Below are positions 1-10,075 of a stretch of 64,000 nt of DNA, in pieces. Below the pieces are notes generated by a model that was not told the DNA's origin, searched no databases, and saw only the letters and a program-made list of their open reading frames with translations. Position numbers and translations under genes: made by a program. How positions within the stretch are numbered: the first letter of the stretch is position 1; each line of letters begins with the position of its first letter. The stretch lies in the NCBI GenBank assembly GCA_902618205.1, contig CACMZL010000005.1:59184-123183 (forward strand), given 5' to 3'. This stretch comes from an uncultured Pelagibacteraceae bacterium. Lineage in GTDB: Bacteria; Pseudomonadota; Alphaproteobacteria; Pelagibacterales; Pelagibacteraceae.

Positions 1-590
1 ATACCTAAAGAGCTTGATGCTGGATTAAAAATTCTAAAATTTATTTCTGCACGTGGGAAAACTAAGTAAAATATAATAATAAATGGGAAAATACTTAATC
101 CAAAACCCAAATATTTAAATACATTTTTTATATTAAAATCTAACAATTCCTTTTGCTGAATAAGATACATATTTATTATGACCAGTATTACGATAGTAAA
201 ACTTAACAAAGTGCTTAGTATATCTTGGCCTTTAATAAGGCTTGAAACCGATATTATTAAACAAATCAAGCTGAATGAAAGTTTGTTATCTTTATTTTTT
301 AATTCTGAAAACTTCATGATCAATAATATTGCTAAACAGTTTAGGAAAAATTCCTCTGAAAACACATACTGATTAAAAATAAGCTGAATATAAATCGCGC
401 CTATTGCAATAATACCTAAGATTAAACTTTTTAATTTAATATTGATTTGAAAAAATAGAATATTGAAAATAAACACAATAAACCAAAATAATTTATTATT
501 TAATGTTAAATCTGCTGATAGTGAAAAAGTACACAGAAGCAAAAGCAGAAAAGTAAATACTGATAAATTGTAATTCTTAATTTTTAGCAT
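1..590 (-). CDS. DUF3488/transglutaminase-like (TgpA-type) membrane protein, N-terminal part; runs off the left edge of the window
   Basis: Not in the ORF track. Manual translation from ATG at 590 (MLKIKNYNLSVFTFLLL...) stays open to base 1. It gives several hydrophobic segments and ends ...IIFYLVFPRAEINFRIFNPASSSLG, containing the xFPR motif typical of DUF3488/TgpA N-terminal domains. It overlaps the DUF58 stop by 14 bp and follows MoxR-DUF58, the usual context. Confidence 0.7.
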   Translation of the reverse strand, partial: MLKIKNYNLSVFTFLLLLLCTFSLSADLTLNNKLFWFIVFIFNILFFQINIKLKSLILGIIAIGAIYIQLIFNQYVFSEEFFLNCLAILLIMKFSELKNKDNKLSFSLICLIISVSSLIKGQDILSTLLSFTIVILVIINMYLIQQKELLDFNIKNVFKYLGFGLSIFPFIIIFYLVFPRAEINFRIFNPASSSLG

Positions 591-1491
591 TGGCAAAATA
601 TTTTAATATTCGATTTAAAGATTGATTATTATCATTTAGGTATAACTCGTTTTTTTTATGTTTGATTTTCAAATTCAATTTTTTTTCATAACAATAATTA
701 ACTATATAAGATGAGTAATTTAGTAATTTTTCAAATTCAATATGCGGATATTTATCTAAATCTAAAATTAGATTTGACAATTTTTCAGTATCACTGAAAG
801 TTTTTACATATCTTTTGTCGTTAATTATTGATTTTTTCCATGCAATTTTAGAAAAACTATCTCCATTTTTAAATTCATCAATGCCATCAAATTCATCTGC
901 ATTTATGATATTAATTATTTTAAATTCTTTTAATAATTCGTCGCTTGGAAGAACTTTTTTTGGATAAATAATTATTTCACTCTTTGGATTAAAAATAAGT
1001 TTAGTTCGCATCACTCCAAAGGGATAAATCGATTTAAGTGTTATTGGATTAAAATATGATTTGCCTCTAAGTTTACTTTTATACTCTATTTTAAAAAAAT
1101 TAAGCCTGTCATTAAAATTATAATTACCAACATTTTTTTTATTATATTCTATATCAATATTAATTTTTTTTTCTTTTGATGAATTTAAGATTTGAAAACT
1201 AATCGAATTTACAGTTTCTGCTTCAACTAAATACTCGTCTTTGCATATAAAATCTAGCTTACTTATATTTTGATGTGAAATAAATATTGATATAAAAAAA
1301 ACAAAGAAAATTACTATAGAAATTAATAGTCCCGAATTATTTTCATAAAAAACTGAAATTAAAAAACAAAAAAAGATAAATAAACCTAAGCCTAAACCAT
1401 TAAGGTTGGGATAAATATAAATTTTCGCATTTTTTTTAAAATCAAGGAAACTATTGAAATTAAAGCTAAAAGGTCTGGATTGGATTTCCAT
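577..1491 (-). CDS. DUF58 domain protein (MoxR-associated)
   Basis: Two N-terminal TM helices, SIYPFG motif, IIIYPK, and a degenerate EFxxGDxxxxIAWKxS motif; directly downstream of MoxR. Confidence 0.8.
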   Translation of the reverse strand: MEIQSRPFSFNFNSFLDFKKNAKIYIYPNLNGLGLGLFIFFCFLISVFYENNSGLLISIVIFFVFFISIFISHQNISKLDFICKDEYLVEAETVNSISFQILNSSKEKKINIDIEYNKKNVGNYNFNDRLNFFKIEYKSKLRGKSYFNPITLKSIYPFGVMRTKLIFNPKSEIIIYPKKVLPSDELLKEFKIINIINADEFDGIDEFKNGDSFSKIAWKKSIINDKRYVKTFSDTEKLSNLILDLDKYPHIEFEKLLNYSSYIVNYCYEKKLNLKIKHKKNELYLNDNNQSLNRILKYFANAKN

Positions 1492-2369
1492 TATCCAATA
1501 TTAATTTTTTCAAGGATTTCTTTATTAACATAACTAAATTTATCCTCTTGATTTAAAAACTTAATTCTATGCCTTAAAATATAAGGCATTGTATCTTTTA
1601 TGTCTTGATGAGAAACATACTCATTTCCGTTAACAATTGCCCAGCCTTTAGCTAAGTCGATTATTTGCTTCATGCACCTTGCTGAAATATATATATTTTG
1701 CCCTAAAGCTTTTATTGTTTGTTCTATTTCAACGACATATTGATAAATCTCGTCTTTTACAGTTATTTCATTTTTTTTATCATTAATTTGAGACCAATTA
1801 ATTGTCTCACTTACAGAATTTGAAAAAGAGATATTTTTTTTTAACATTAAAATTTTTTCTTTTTGATCTAAGTCTGACAGTGAATAAGAAATCATGAAAC
1901 GATCCAATTGTGAGTCTGGTAGAGAACTAGTTCCAGAAGTATCCATAGGATTTTGAGTTGCAATGACAAAAAATGGTTCTGGTAAGTTGTAGCTCTCTCC
2001 ATCTATTGTAACGTTTTTTTCTTCCATTGCTTCTAGGAATGCACTTTGAGCTTTTGGGCTTCCCCTATTTAGTTCATCTGCCAAAACAATATTTGTAAAA
2101 ATAGGACCTTTCTGAAATTTTAACTTATCATCTGATAAAATGTTAAATCCAAGAATATCACTTGGTAATAAATCAGATGTAAATTGGATTCTTTTAAAGT
2201 TGAGTCCTAAGCTTGATGTTATTGCTTTAGCGAATGTAGTCTTTCCTGAACCTGGATAGTCTTCAATTAAAATACTTCCCTCAGAGATGATTGCAGCTAG
2301 AGTTAATTTGATTTTATCTATATTGCCAACTATAGTTTTAGAAGTATTTGATATTATATTTTCAAACAT
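1491..2369 (-). CDS. moxR: MoxR family AAA+ ATPase
   Basis: Walker A EDYPGSGKT, RIQFTSDLLPSDILG, Walker B LADELNR, VIATQNP, QLDRF. Confidence 0.92.
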   Translation of the reverse strand: MFENIISNTSKTIVGNIDKIKLTLAAIISEGSILIEDYPGSGKTTFAKAITSSLGLNFKRIQFTSDLLPSDILGFNILSDDKLKFQKGPIFTNIVLADELNRGSPKAQSAFLEAMEEKNVTIDGESYNLPEPFFVIATQNPMDTSGTSSLPDSQLDRFMISYSLSDLDQKEKILMLKKNISFSNSVSETINWSQINDKKNEITVKDEIYQYVVEIEQTIKALGQNIYISARCMKQIIDLAKGWAIVNGNEYVSHQDIKDTMPYILRHRIKFLNQEDKFSYVNKEILEKINIG

Positions 2370-2383
2370 TTAAATTTTTTTGA

Positions 2384-3148
2384 TTAATAAAAAATTATAG
2401 ATTGAATATTACTTTTAAAAATTAAATATATCAATGTGCCAATAATGATGTAAGGGCCAAATGGGATCTGAGACGAAAGTTTTTTTGATTTTTTCATTAG
2501 ACTAGGGATCACAAATAATAAAGCTATTATAGATGATAAAAATATTACAAAAGGTATTGAGATCCATCCAAACCAGAATCCAATTGCTGATAAAAGTTTA
2601 GCATCACCTAAACCCATTCCCTCTTTATTTCTAACTTGTTTGTAAAAATAAATTATAGACCAAATAATTAAATAACCAAAAATTCCTCCAATTAAAGAAT
2701 TAATAAAATTTGGAAAAATTGGATTTAAATTTGGGTCAAAAGATTTTATAAAACCGATAATCATCAAAGAAAAAGTTAATACATTAGGAATTATATAATG
2801 CTTTAAATCTATGAAAAAGATTATAATAAAAGACAATCCTAAGATTAAAAATAGTAAGGTTGCTATACTGATTCCAAATAAGTAATAAATAACTAAAAAA
2901 TAAAAAATTGTTATTAACTCAATTATTAAATATTGAGATGAAATTTTTTTTTTACATTTTCTACATTTGCCATTTAAAAATAGAAATGAAATTATAGGAA
3001 TATTATCTTTCCAAGTAATTAATTCTTTACAATTTGGACAAAATGATCTCCCTGATACAACTCCCTTATTTATAGGAAGTCTATAAATACAAACATTTGC
3101 AAAACTCCCCCATAGACCTCCAAGAATAATTACAAATATTAGATCCAC
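2384..3148 (-). CDS. pilD: Prepilin peptidase / N-methyltransferase (A24)
   Basis: GSFANVCIYRLP, two CxxC pairs (RSFCPNC, GKCRKC), IDLKH and MGLGDAKL catalytic Asp motifs, C-terminal IPFGPY; GTG start. Confidence 0.93.
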   Translation of the reverse strand: MDLIFVIILGGLWGSFANVCIYRLPINKGVVSGRSFCPNCKELITWKDNIPIISFLFLNGKCRKCKKKISSQYLIIELITIFYFLVIYYLFGISIATLLFLILGLSFIIIFFIDLKHYIIPNVLTFSLMIIGFIKSFDPNLNPIFPNFINSLIGGIFGYLIIWSIIYFYKQVRNKEGMGLGDAKLLSAIGFWFGWISIPFVIFLSSIIALLFVIPSLMKKSKKLSSQIPFGPYIIIGTLIYLIFKSNIQSIIFY

Positions 3149-3156
3149 AGAATATG

Positions 3157-3186
3157 ATTATAATTTAATGTTTGATGTAATGTGAA
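3157..3186 (-). promoter_or_regulatory. sigma70-type promoter for pilD: TTCACA-N18-TATAAT, 8 nt before GTG
   Basis: Minus strand reads TTCACA ttacatcaaacattaaat TATAAT catattct GTG. Confidence 0.6.
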
Positions 3187-3271
3187 TTAATCCATCTATT
3201 ACATACTGTACCATTAGAACTGCATCCTGTAGGTGAATGTATAAATTAGGTGTATTAATTATAATCTCCAT
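3158..3271 (-). CDS. Possible 37-aa small ORF or gene remnant (MEIIINTPNLYIHLQDAVLMVQYVIDGLIHITSNIKL)
   Basis: ATG-to-TAA frame filling the pilD/phosphatase spacer; no family recognised; overlaps the pilD promoter. Confidence 0.2.
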   Translation of the reverse strand: MEIIINTPNLYIHLQDAVLMVQYVIDGLIHITSNIKL

Positions 3272-3273
3272 TG

Positions 3274-3303
3274 TTGAAAAATTTACCAAAAATTGCTTAA
3301 AAT
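3274..3303 (+). promoter_or_regulatory. sigma70-type promoter for the GAF-PP2C gene: TTGAAA-N18-TAAAAT
   Basis: TTGAAA at 3274-3279 and TAAAAT at 3298-3303, 13 nt before the ATG at 3317. Confidence 0.45.
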
Positions 3304-3316
3304 ACTAGTTAAATAA

Positions 3317-4606
3317 ATGTTTCTATTTAAATCAAAAAAACCGATCGAACCAAAAAAAGAGGCTGAACAAGTTAACGTCGACTTAGAGCTTGTCACAAAA
3401 ATGAATCAAGATTTTGCTTTGTCTCTCGATTTAAACGACACTCTAATGAATGCACTGCGGGTAATTATTGCAAGACTAAATGCGGAAGCTGCAAACATTT
3501 TTTTAATAAATGAACAAAAGAAAAAGTTTGAATGTATTGCTTCACTTCATCAAGATTATTTAGATGAGTATGAGCTAGATTTAAAAGATGGAGTTATGGG
3601 TAAAGCTGTGCAGCAAAGAAAATGTATTCGTGTAGGAAATGTAAGAAAAGATGTTAGAGAGATAGCCGAATTTTATTTTGATTTAGATAATAAAACAAAT
3701 TTTACAACATATTCAGTTTTATGCTCACCTTTGATTGCAGCAAATGAATGTATCGGAGTCATTCATTGTTTAAATAAAAAAACTGAAGATAAATTATTTA
3801 TAGAGGATGACAGAAAACTTTTAGAAACACTTTCGGCGCCAGCCGCTTTAGCAATTAGAAATGCAAAGATGGCAAAAGAAATGGTCGAAAAAAATAAAAT
3901 ACAAAAAGAAGTAGAAATCGTTGGAGAAATTCAAAGATCTTTATTATCTAAGAATAAAGAAAAAGACTTTCCTATTTCAGGAATAAATATACCAGCAAAA
4001 GTTGTTTCTGGAGATTTTTATAATTTTTCCGATTTAGGAAATGGTAAATATGGATTTGGAGTTGCTGATGTATCCGGGAAAGGAATAAAGTCATCGCTCC
4101 TAATGTCTAAAGCATCCAGTTTGTATAGGTGCTTAAGTAAAACCAATTTTTCTGCTTCTGACTTACTATTCCAGTTAAACAATGAGATATGTGAAACTAT
4201 ATCTAGAGGTATGTTTGTTACTATGTTAATTGGAATATACGATTCAAATAAAAAAGAACTATTGTTATCAAGTGCAGGTCATGAGCCACCTTTGATTTTG
4301 TCTGCTGATGGAACTTTTAGTAATTTCTCAGAAGCAGGCCCTCCACTAGGCATTATGCCTAAAACAAAATATCCTGAGCACACTATACCTTTCGAAAATA
4401 GCTCAATGTATATTTTTACAGATGGAATTACCGAGATAAAAAATCCAAATGGGGAAATGTTAGGATCAGAAGGTTTTGAAAATTATATTAAAAAATATCA
4501 ATCAACTGCGATCAACGATAGACTTAAAACAATGATTGATGATATTCTTAGTGCAGGACACATACAAAAAGATGATTTAACGATTGTTGCTATAGATGGA
4601 AAATAG
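3317..4606 (+). CDS. GAF domain + PP2C/SpoIIE (RsbU-like) Ser/Thr phosphatase
   Basis: N-terminal GAF (SVLCSPL, IGVIHCLNK, F-x-x-D-D-x-x-LL); PP2C motifs SGDFY, ADVSGKG, MFVT, SAGH, FTDG, DDLT. Confidence 0.9.
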   Translation: MFLFKSKKPIEPKKEAEQVNVDLELVTKMNQDFALSLDLNDTLMNALRVIIARLNAEAANIFLINEQKKKFECIASLHQDYLDEYELDLKDGVMGKAVQQRKCIRVGNVRKDVREIAEFYFDLDNKTNFTTYSVLCSPLIAANECIGVIHCLNKKTEDKLFIEDDRKLLETLSAPAALAIRNAKMAKEMVEKNKIQKEVEIVGEIQRSLLSKNKEKDFPISGINIPAKVVSGDFYNFSDLGNGKYGFGVADVSGKGIKSSLLMSKASSLYRCLSKTNFSASDLLFQLNNEICETISRGMFVTMLIGIYDSNKKELLLSSAGHEPPLILSADGTFSNFSEAGPPLGIMPKTKYPEHTIPFENSSMYIFTDGITEIKNPNGEMLGSEGFENYIKKYQSTAINDRLKTMIDDILSAGHIQKDDLTIVAIDGK

Positions 4607-5737
4607 CTAATAAACTGATATTTGTTCCTGATTATATATTTTACAACTCATAACAATGCTCAATCCCAACATAATAGATAATAAAGATGATCCACCATAA
4701 GACATTATGGGTAATGGTGCGCCAACAATTGGGAGCATTCCTAAAACCATTGCAATGTTAACAAATACATATAAGAAAATTGCTGTAGCAAAACCAAAAC
4801 AGTATAATTTTGCAAAGAAACTTCTGGATACCAATCCAACGTTAATAATTCTATAGATTAATAATATGTATAAAAATAAAAGTGTAATTGATCCAATAAA
4901 TCCAAATTCTTCAGAAAATAGCGTAAATATAAAATCTGTGTGTTTTTCAGGTAAAAACTCTAGATAGCTTTGTGTCCCTTTTAAATACCCTTTTCCAAAA
5001 AAACCACCAGATCCAATAGCTATTTTTGATTGAATTATTTGATATCCAGCCCCCAAAGGGTCTCTATCTGGATTGAAGAAAGTTAAAATTCTTGACTTTT
5101 GATAGGGTTTTAAAATGGATATAGCAAAAGGCAAAGATACTAATAATAACAATCCTGAATAAACAAAATATTTAATATTAAGACCTGCCAACCAAATTAT
5201 GGCAATACCACTGCCTGCGATTAAAATAGAAGTTCCTAAATCAGGTTGTTGGATAACAAGATAACATGGAATGATTAAAAGAATAATCGGTTGAATTAAA
5301 AATTTATAGCTTTGAATATCTGAGCTTTGAATTCTATGATAATATCTAGCAAAACATATTATTACTGCAATCTTCATTAATTCTGAAGGCTGTAAATTTA
5401 AAAAGTATAAGTTTATCCATCTCGTTGCTCCTGAGGCTGAAATTCCAAAAAATAAAACAGTTATTAACAAAATTAATCCGACAGTATAAAATAAGTAAGC
5501 ATTTTTATACCAGGTTGAAACTCTGACAAAAGATAAAACTAAAAATAAACTAAAAAATATAGATAATCTAATTATATGATTTTTTGTATAAAAAGAAAAT
5601 TTACCCCCTTCTGTAGAATAAATTGCAAATACACTAGTTGATCCTATAGCAATAATTAATAAGATTAATAAATAATCTATCGATTTTAGTTTATCTAAAA
5701 AACTATAATTGCTGGCTTGTATTCTTTCTCTTAACAT
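4607..5737 (-). CDS. rodA: Rod shape-determining protein RodA (SEDS)
   Basis: GATRWI, LQPSELMK, QPDLGT, GYQIIQSKIAIGSGG, LPEKHTDFIF, SYGGSS. Confidence 0.96.
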   Translation of the reverse strand: MLRERIQASNYSFLDKLKSIDYLLILLIIAIGSTSVFAIYSTEGGKFSFYTKNHIIRLSIFFSLFLVLSFVRVSTWYKNAYLFYTVGLILLITVLFFGISASGATRWINLYFLNLQPSELMKIAVIICFARYYHRIQSSDIQSYKFLIQPIILLIIPCYLVIQQPDLGTSILIAGSGIAIIWLAGLNIKYFVYSGLLLLVSLPFAISILKPYQKSRILTFFNPDRDPLGAGYQIIQSKIAIGSGGFFGKGYLKGTQSYLEFLPEKHTDFIFTLFSEEFGFIGSITLLFLYILLIYRIINVGLVSRSFFAKLYCFGFATAIFLYVFVNIAMVLGMLPIVGAPLPIMSYGGSSLLSIMLGLSIVMSCKIYNQEQISVY

Positions 5738-7686
5738 TATGCTAAACTAGTATTTCCATTATTAAATTGTTCTCTTAATTTATGTCTATCAATAATTCTT
5801 TTGATCAATTTACTTGCAAGTGGAGCGGCTGCTTTACTTCCAGAACCTCCGTGTTCAATAATTACACTAATTGCATATCTTGGATCCTTGTATGGCGCAA
5901 AAGCAACATATAATGCGTGGTCTCTTTTTTTGTATTCAATTTGTTCAGTATCTAAATCTAATTCTCTATCAAGATCAGTAATTCTTCTTACTTGTGACGT
6001 CCCAGTTTTGCCTGCGAATTGATACTGAGGATCGTCATAGCGAGATTTGTATGAAGTTCCATATTGTTCATTTGTAGAACCAAACATTGCATCTAATACA
6101 AAATTAATGTTGGACTTTTTGTGATACATCCTCTGATAATATTCAACATTTATGTCATCTAAGTAATTTCTTTCATGCAAAGGAAAATTTGATCGATCCA
6201 ATTTAATTTTATTTATTATATCTTTATAATTTATAGAATAATCTTTTATGATATGTGGTTTTATTTTATATCCTCCATTTGCAATTTGCGCGGTCATCAG
6301 GCAAAGCTGAAGGGGTGTAGTTTGAATATAACCTTGTCCTATACCATTGATTACAGTTTCTCCTAAGTACCAACTTTGCTCCAATGCTCGTCTTTTCCAT
6401 TTTGTATCAGGAACCAGTCCTTTTTTTTCATCGTTAAAAATGTCACCAAGTATATTATTTCCAAGTCCATATCTTTTTGCAATTATTGATAATTTATCAA
6501 CACCAAGTAGTCTTGCCATTTCATAAAAGTATATATCGCACGATTGTTTGATTGCATTTCTTAACTTCATGTACCCATGACCTTCTTTTTTCCAACAATG
6601 ATATTTTACACCGTATAATTCATATGGATGTTTATGACCTTTGCATTTTATTGTTTTATTAGGATCTAAAATGCCATATTCTAAAGCTGCTAAAGCAACT
6701 AATGGCTTGAAAGTTGATCCTGGTGAGTAAAGTCCGGCAATAGACTTATTTATCAAAGGTTTTAAGGGATTATTTCTAATTTCTTGCCAATCTTTCTGAT
6801 TAATTCCGTGTGTAAATTTGTTTGGATCATATGTTGGTGATGATGCCATTGCAACTACTTCTCCAGTAAATATGTCCATTGCACATATTGAGCCTGCTTT
6901 TCCCTTAAGCAGCTCTTGGGCATATTTTTGAATTTCTATATCTATTGTTAAGTTAACTTTATTGCCCTGCCTTTCTTTGATGTAGTCTATTTGGCTTATT
7001 CTTTTTCCAGATGCATTAACTTCATATCTTTTTATGCCGTAGTTACCTATTAACATTTTTTCTTGTGAATTTTCTATTCCATATTTTCCTACTTTTAAAC
7101 CTGGAACAAAATTTTCTTTTATCTCAGTTTTTTCAAGATCTTTTGGACTAGCATCACCAACATAACCAACTATATGTACTAAATCATTTGCATAAGGATA
7201 AAACCTAGATGTTGATAATACGGGTTTTGCACCTTCTAATTCATGCAAATATAAATTAATTTTTGAGAATTGTTCCCAAGTTAAATTGTCCGAAACTACC
7301 AATGTATCCCAAGGTTTTAATCTTTCCTTCTTTTTATATAATTTTTTAATTTCAAACTGATCTAATCCGATTATATTTTTAATTTTAAATATTGTTACAT
7401 CAAAATCATTAATTTCATCTAATATTAAGTGAAGCTGAAAAACTCTATCGTTACTTGCTAGTACTTTATTAAAGTTATCTACAATTATTCCTCTCTGAGG
7501 AGGAGTTTTCCATTCACGTATTCTATTTTTATCAGATAAAATTTCATATTTTTCTCTATCAGAAATTTGTAAATTATATAATCTTGATGAAATACCAGCA
7601 AAGAGTAATATTTTTGCTGCAGCTAATATAAACATCCTCCTTGTTATAACTCTACCTTTTTCTATGTTTCTTCCTCTATTCAGCAT
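5737..7686 (-). CDS. mrdA: Penicillin-binding protein 2
   Basis: PPQRG, PGSTFK (SxxK), SCD, KTGT motifs; lies between mreD and rodA. Confidence 0.96.
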   Translation of the reverse strand: MLNRGRNIEKGRVITRRMFILAAAKILLFAGISSRLYNLQISDREKYEILSDKNRIREWKTPPQRGIIVDNFNKVLASNDRVFQLHLILDEINDFDVTIFKIKNIIGLDQFEIKKLYKKKERLKPWDTLVVSDNLTWEQFSKINLYLHELEGAKPVLSTSRFYPYANDLVHIVGYVGDASPKDLEKTEIKENFVPGLKVGKYGIENSQEKMLIGNYGIKRYEVNASGKRISQIDYIKERQGNKVNLTIDIEIQKYAQELLKGKAGSICAMDIFTGEVVAMASSPTYDPNKFTHGINQKDWQEIRNNPLKPLINKSIAGLYSPGSTFKPLVALAALEYGILDPNKTIKCKGHKHPYELYGVKYHCWKKEGHGYMKLRNAIKQSCDIYFYEMARLLGVDKLSIIAKRYGLGNNILGDIFNDEKKGLVPDTKWKRRALEQSWYLGETVINGIGQGYIQTTPLQLCLMTAQIANGGYKIKPHIIKDYSINYKDIINKIKLDRSNFPLHERNYLDDINVEYYQRMYHKKSNINFVLDAMFGSTNEQYGTSYKSRYDDPQYQFAGKTGTSQVRRITDLDRELDLDTEQIEYKKRDHALYVAFAPYKDPRYAISVIIEHGGSGSKAAAPLASKLIKRIIDRHKLREQFNNGNTSLA

Positions 7687-8197
7687 GTTCTTGTTTTAAA
7701 CCTAGTAAATAAATTTGATTAAATATTTTTGCCACTGCTGGATAAATTAAAAATGAAAAAAAGGCTGTTGACATTAAAGTCCCATAACTAATATTTTTGT
7801 CAAAGAAAATTGCTAATACTGTAAAATGAATTGAGCTTACAATTAATATTGCTATAAAAAATAATATCCAATCGTAAATTAAATTAGGAACTAAAGTCCT
7901 TGTCCTAAAAAAAGACGCAATAACACATAGTAAAAGATAATTTATTGATGAAACACCTATTGGTAGGTTTTGTACAACGTCGTTAATTACTCCTGCGAAA
8001 AAAATAAGCCCATAACCTAGCATCTCAGGTTTTCTCAATACCCAATAAAAAACAATTAAGTGAACAAAATTGAAAGATATATTTATTTTAAATATGTTAA
8101 ATGAGAATGAGTAACCTGTTAGAGCAAAGAAAAATAATAAAATAATTGGAAAACCATTTAGTAAAAATTGATAAAATTTTATGTCTCCTCTGGCCAT
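7676..8197 (-). CDS. mreD: Rod shape-determining protein MreD
   Basis: Hydrophobic 173 aa with GVINDVVQNLPIG; position between mreC and mrdA. Confidence 0.85.
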   Translation of the reverse strand: MARGDIKFYQFLLNGFPIILLFFFALTGYSFSFNIFKINISFNFVHLIVFYWVLRKPEMLGYGLIFFAGVINDVVQNLPIGVSSINYLLLCVIASFFRTRTLVPNLIYDWILFFIAILIVSSIHFTVLAIFFDKNISYGTLMSTAFFSFLIYPAVAKIFNQIYLLGLKQEHAE

Positions 8198-9034
8198 TTA
8201 CTTATTTACCTGTACATAATTAAGTTGATTTAAGTTACTAAAAAACTTCACATACTTTTTATTATCTTGAAATATTATTTTTCCAACTGGAATTGATGCT
8301 GGAATTGTACCATCTGAGCCTGAGGTATACACAATTTCATTCTCTTTTATCTCATTATCTTTCGGTAGGTATTCTAGTTCTGCATATTCATCATTTCCAT
8401 TTCCTGAGAGTATTGCATTGATACCACTTGGCTCAATAATAATAGGGATTTTGCTATTAAGATCATTAGCCAGTAATACTCTTGAGCTTAAAAAGTTAAC
8501 ATTTACTACCTTTCCAATGTAATATAATCGATCTTTAACAGCTGATCCTAATTTAACTCCATTTTTTTGACCTTTGTTAATTATTAAGGACTTTAAATAA
8601 GGACTTTGTTTATCTAATAAAATCTTAGTTAACATATATTCTTTAGAAAAAAGATCTCTTTCCTCTATCAATTTTTTTAGAAGAGCATTTTCTGATTTGT
8701 AAAAATCAACTTCTTTTCTAAGTGAGTCAAGATTAAGGTCCTTGTCTCTTAAAACTGAAAATTCTTCGTACATACTCATATGATCTTGGAAGAGGTAATA
8801 TTTATCTTTTACATATTTGAATGGGCTCGATACTACATATGAACCTCTAAATATTATGTCTTTTGTAATAGACCTAAATTGATTAACTGGACCAGTTTTA
8901 AAATACTCTAATGATAAAACTAAAATAGATATGATTAATAAAGTAAATAAGGAAAACTTTTGTCTATTTCCTTTTTTTAAAAATGCTGAACGAATAGCAA
9001 TAATAAAATCGTCTCTACTCGATTCTGTTGACAT
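8198..9034 (-). CDS. mreC: Rod shape-determining protein MreC
   Basis: TM helix, coiled coil, INKGQKNG, LANDLNSKIP, VYTSGSDG. Confidence 0.92.
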   Translation of the reverse strand: MSTESSRDDFIIAIRSAFLKKGNRQKFSLFTLLIISILVLSLEYFKTGPVNQFRSITKDIIFRGSYVVSSPFKYVKDKYYLFQDHMSMYEEFSVLRDKDLNLDSLRKEVDFYKSENALLKKLIEERDLFSKEYMLTKILLDKQSPYLKSLIINKGQKNGVKLGSAVKDRLYYIGKVVNVNFLSSRVLLANDLNSKIPIIIEPSGINAILSGNGNDEYAELEYLPKDNEIKENEIVYTSGSDGTIPASIPVGKIIFQDNKKYVKFFSNLNQLNYVQVNK

Positions 9035-9039
9035 AATAT

Positions 9040-10071
<1,032 letters not shown>

Positions 10072-10075
10072 TTAA

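Noticed and set aside
178-372. 64-aa plus-strand ORF in the track
   Set aside because: Antisense shadow of the longer minus-strand DUF3488-like frame (1-590), which has family motifs and operon context.
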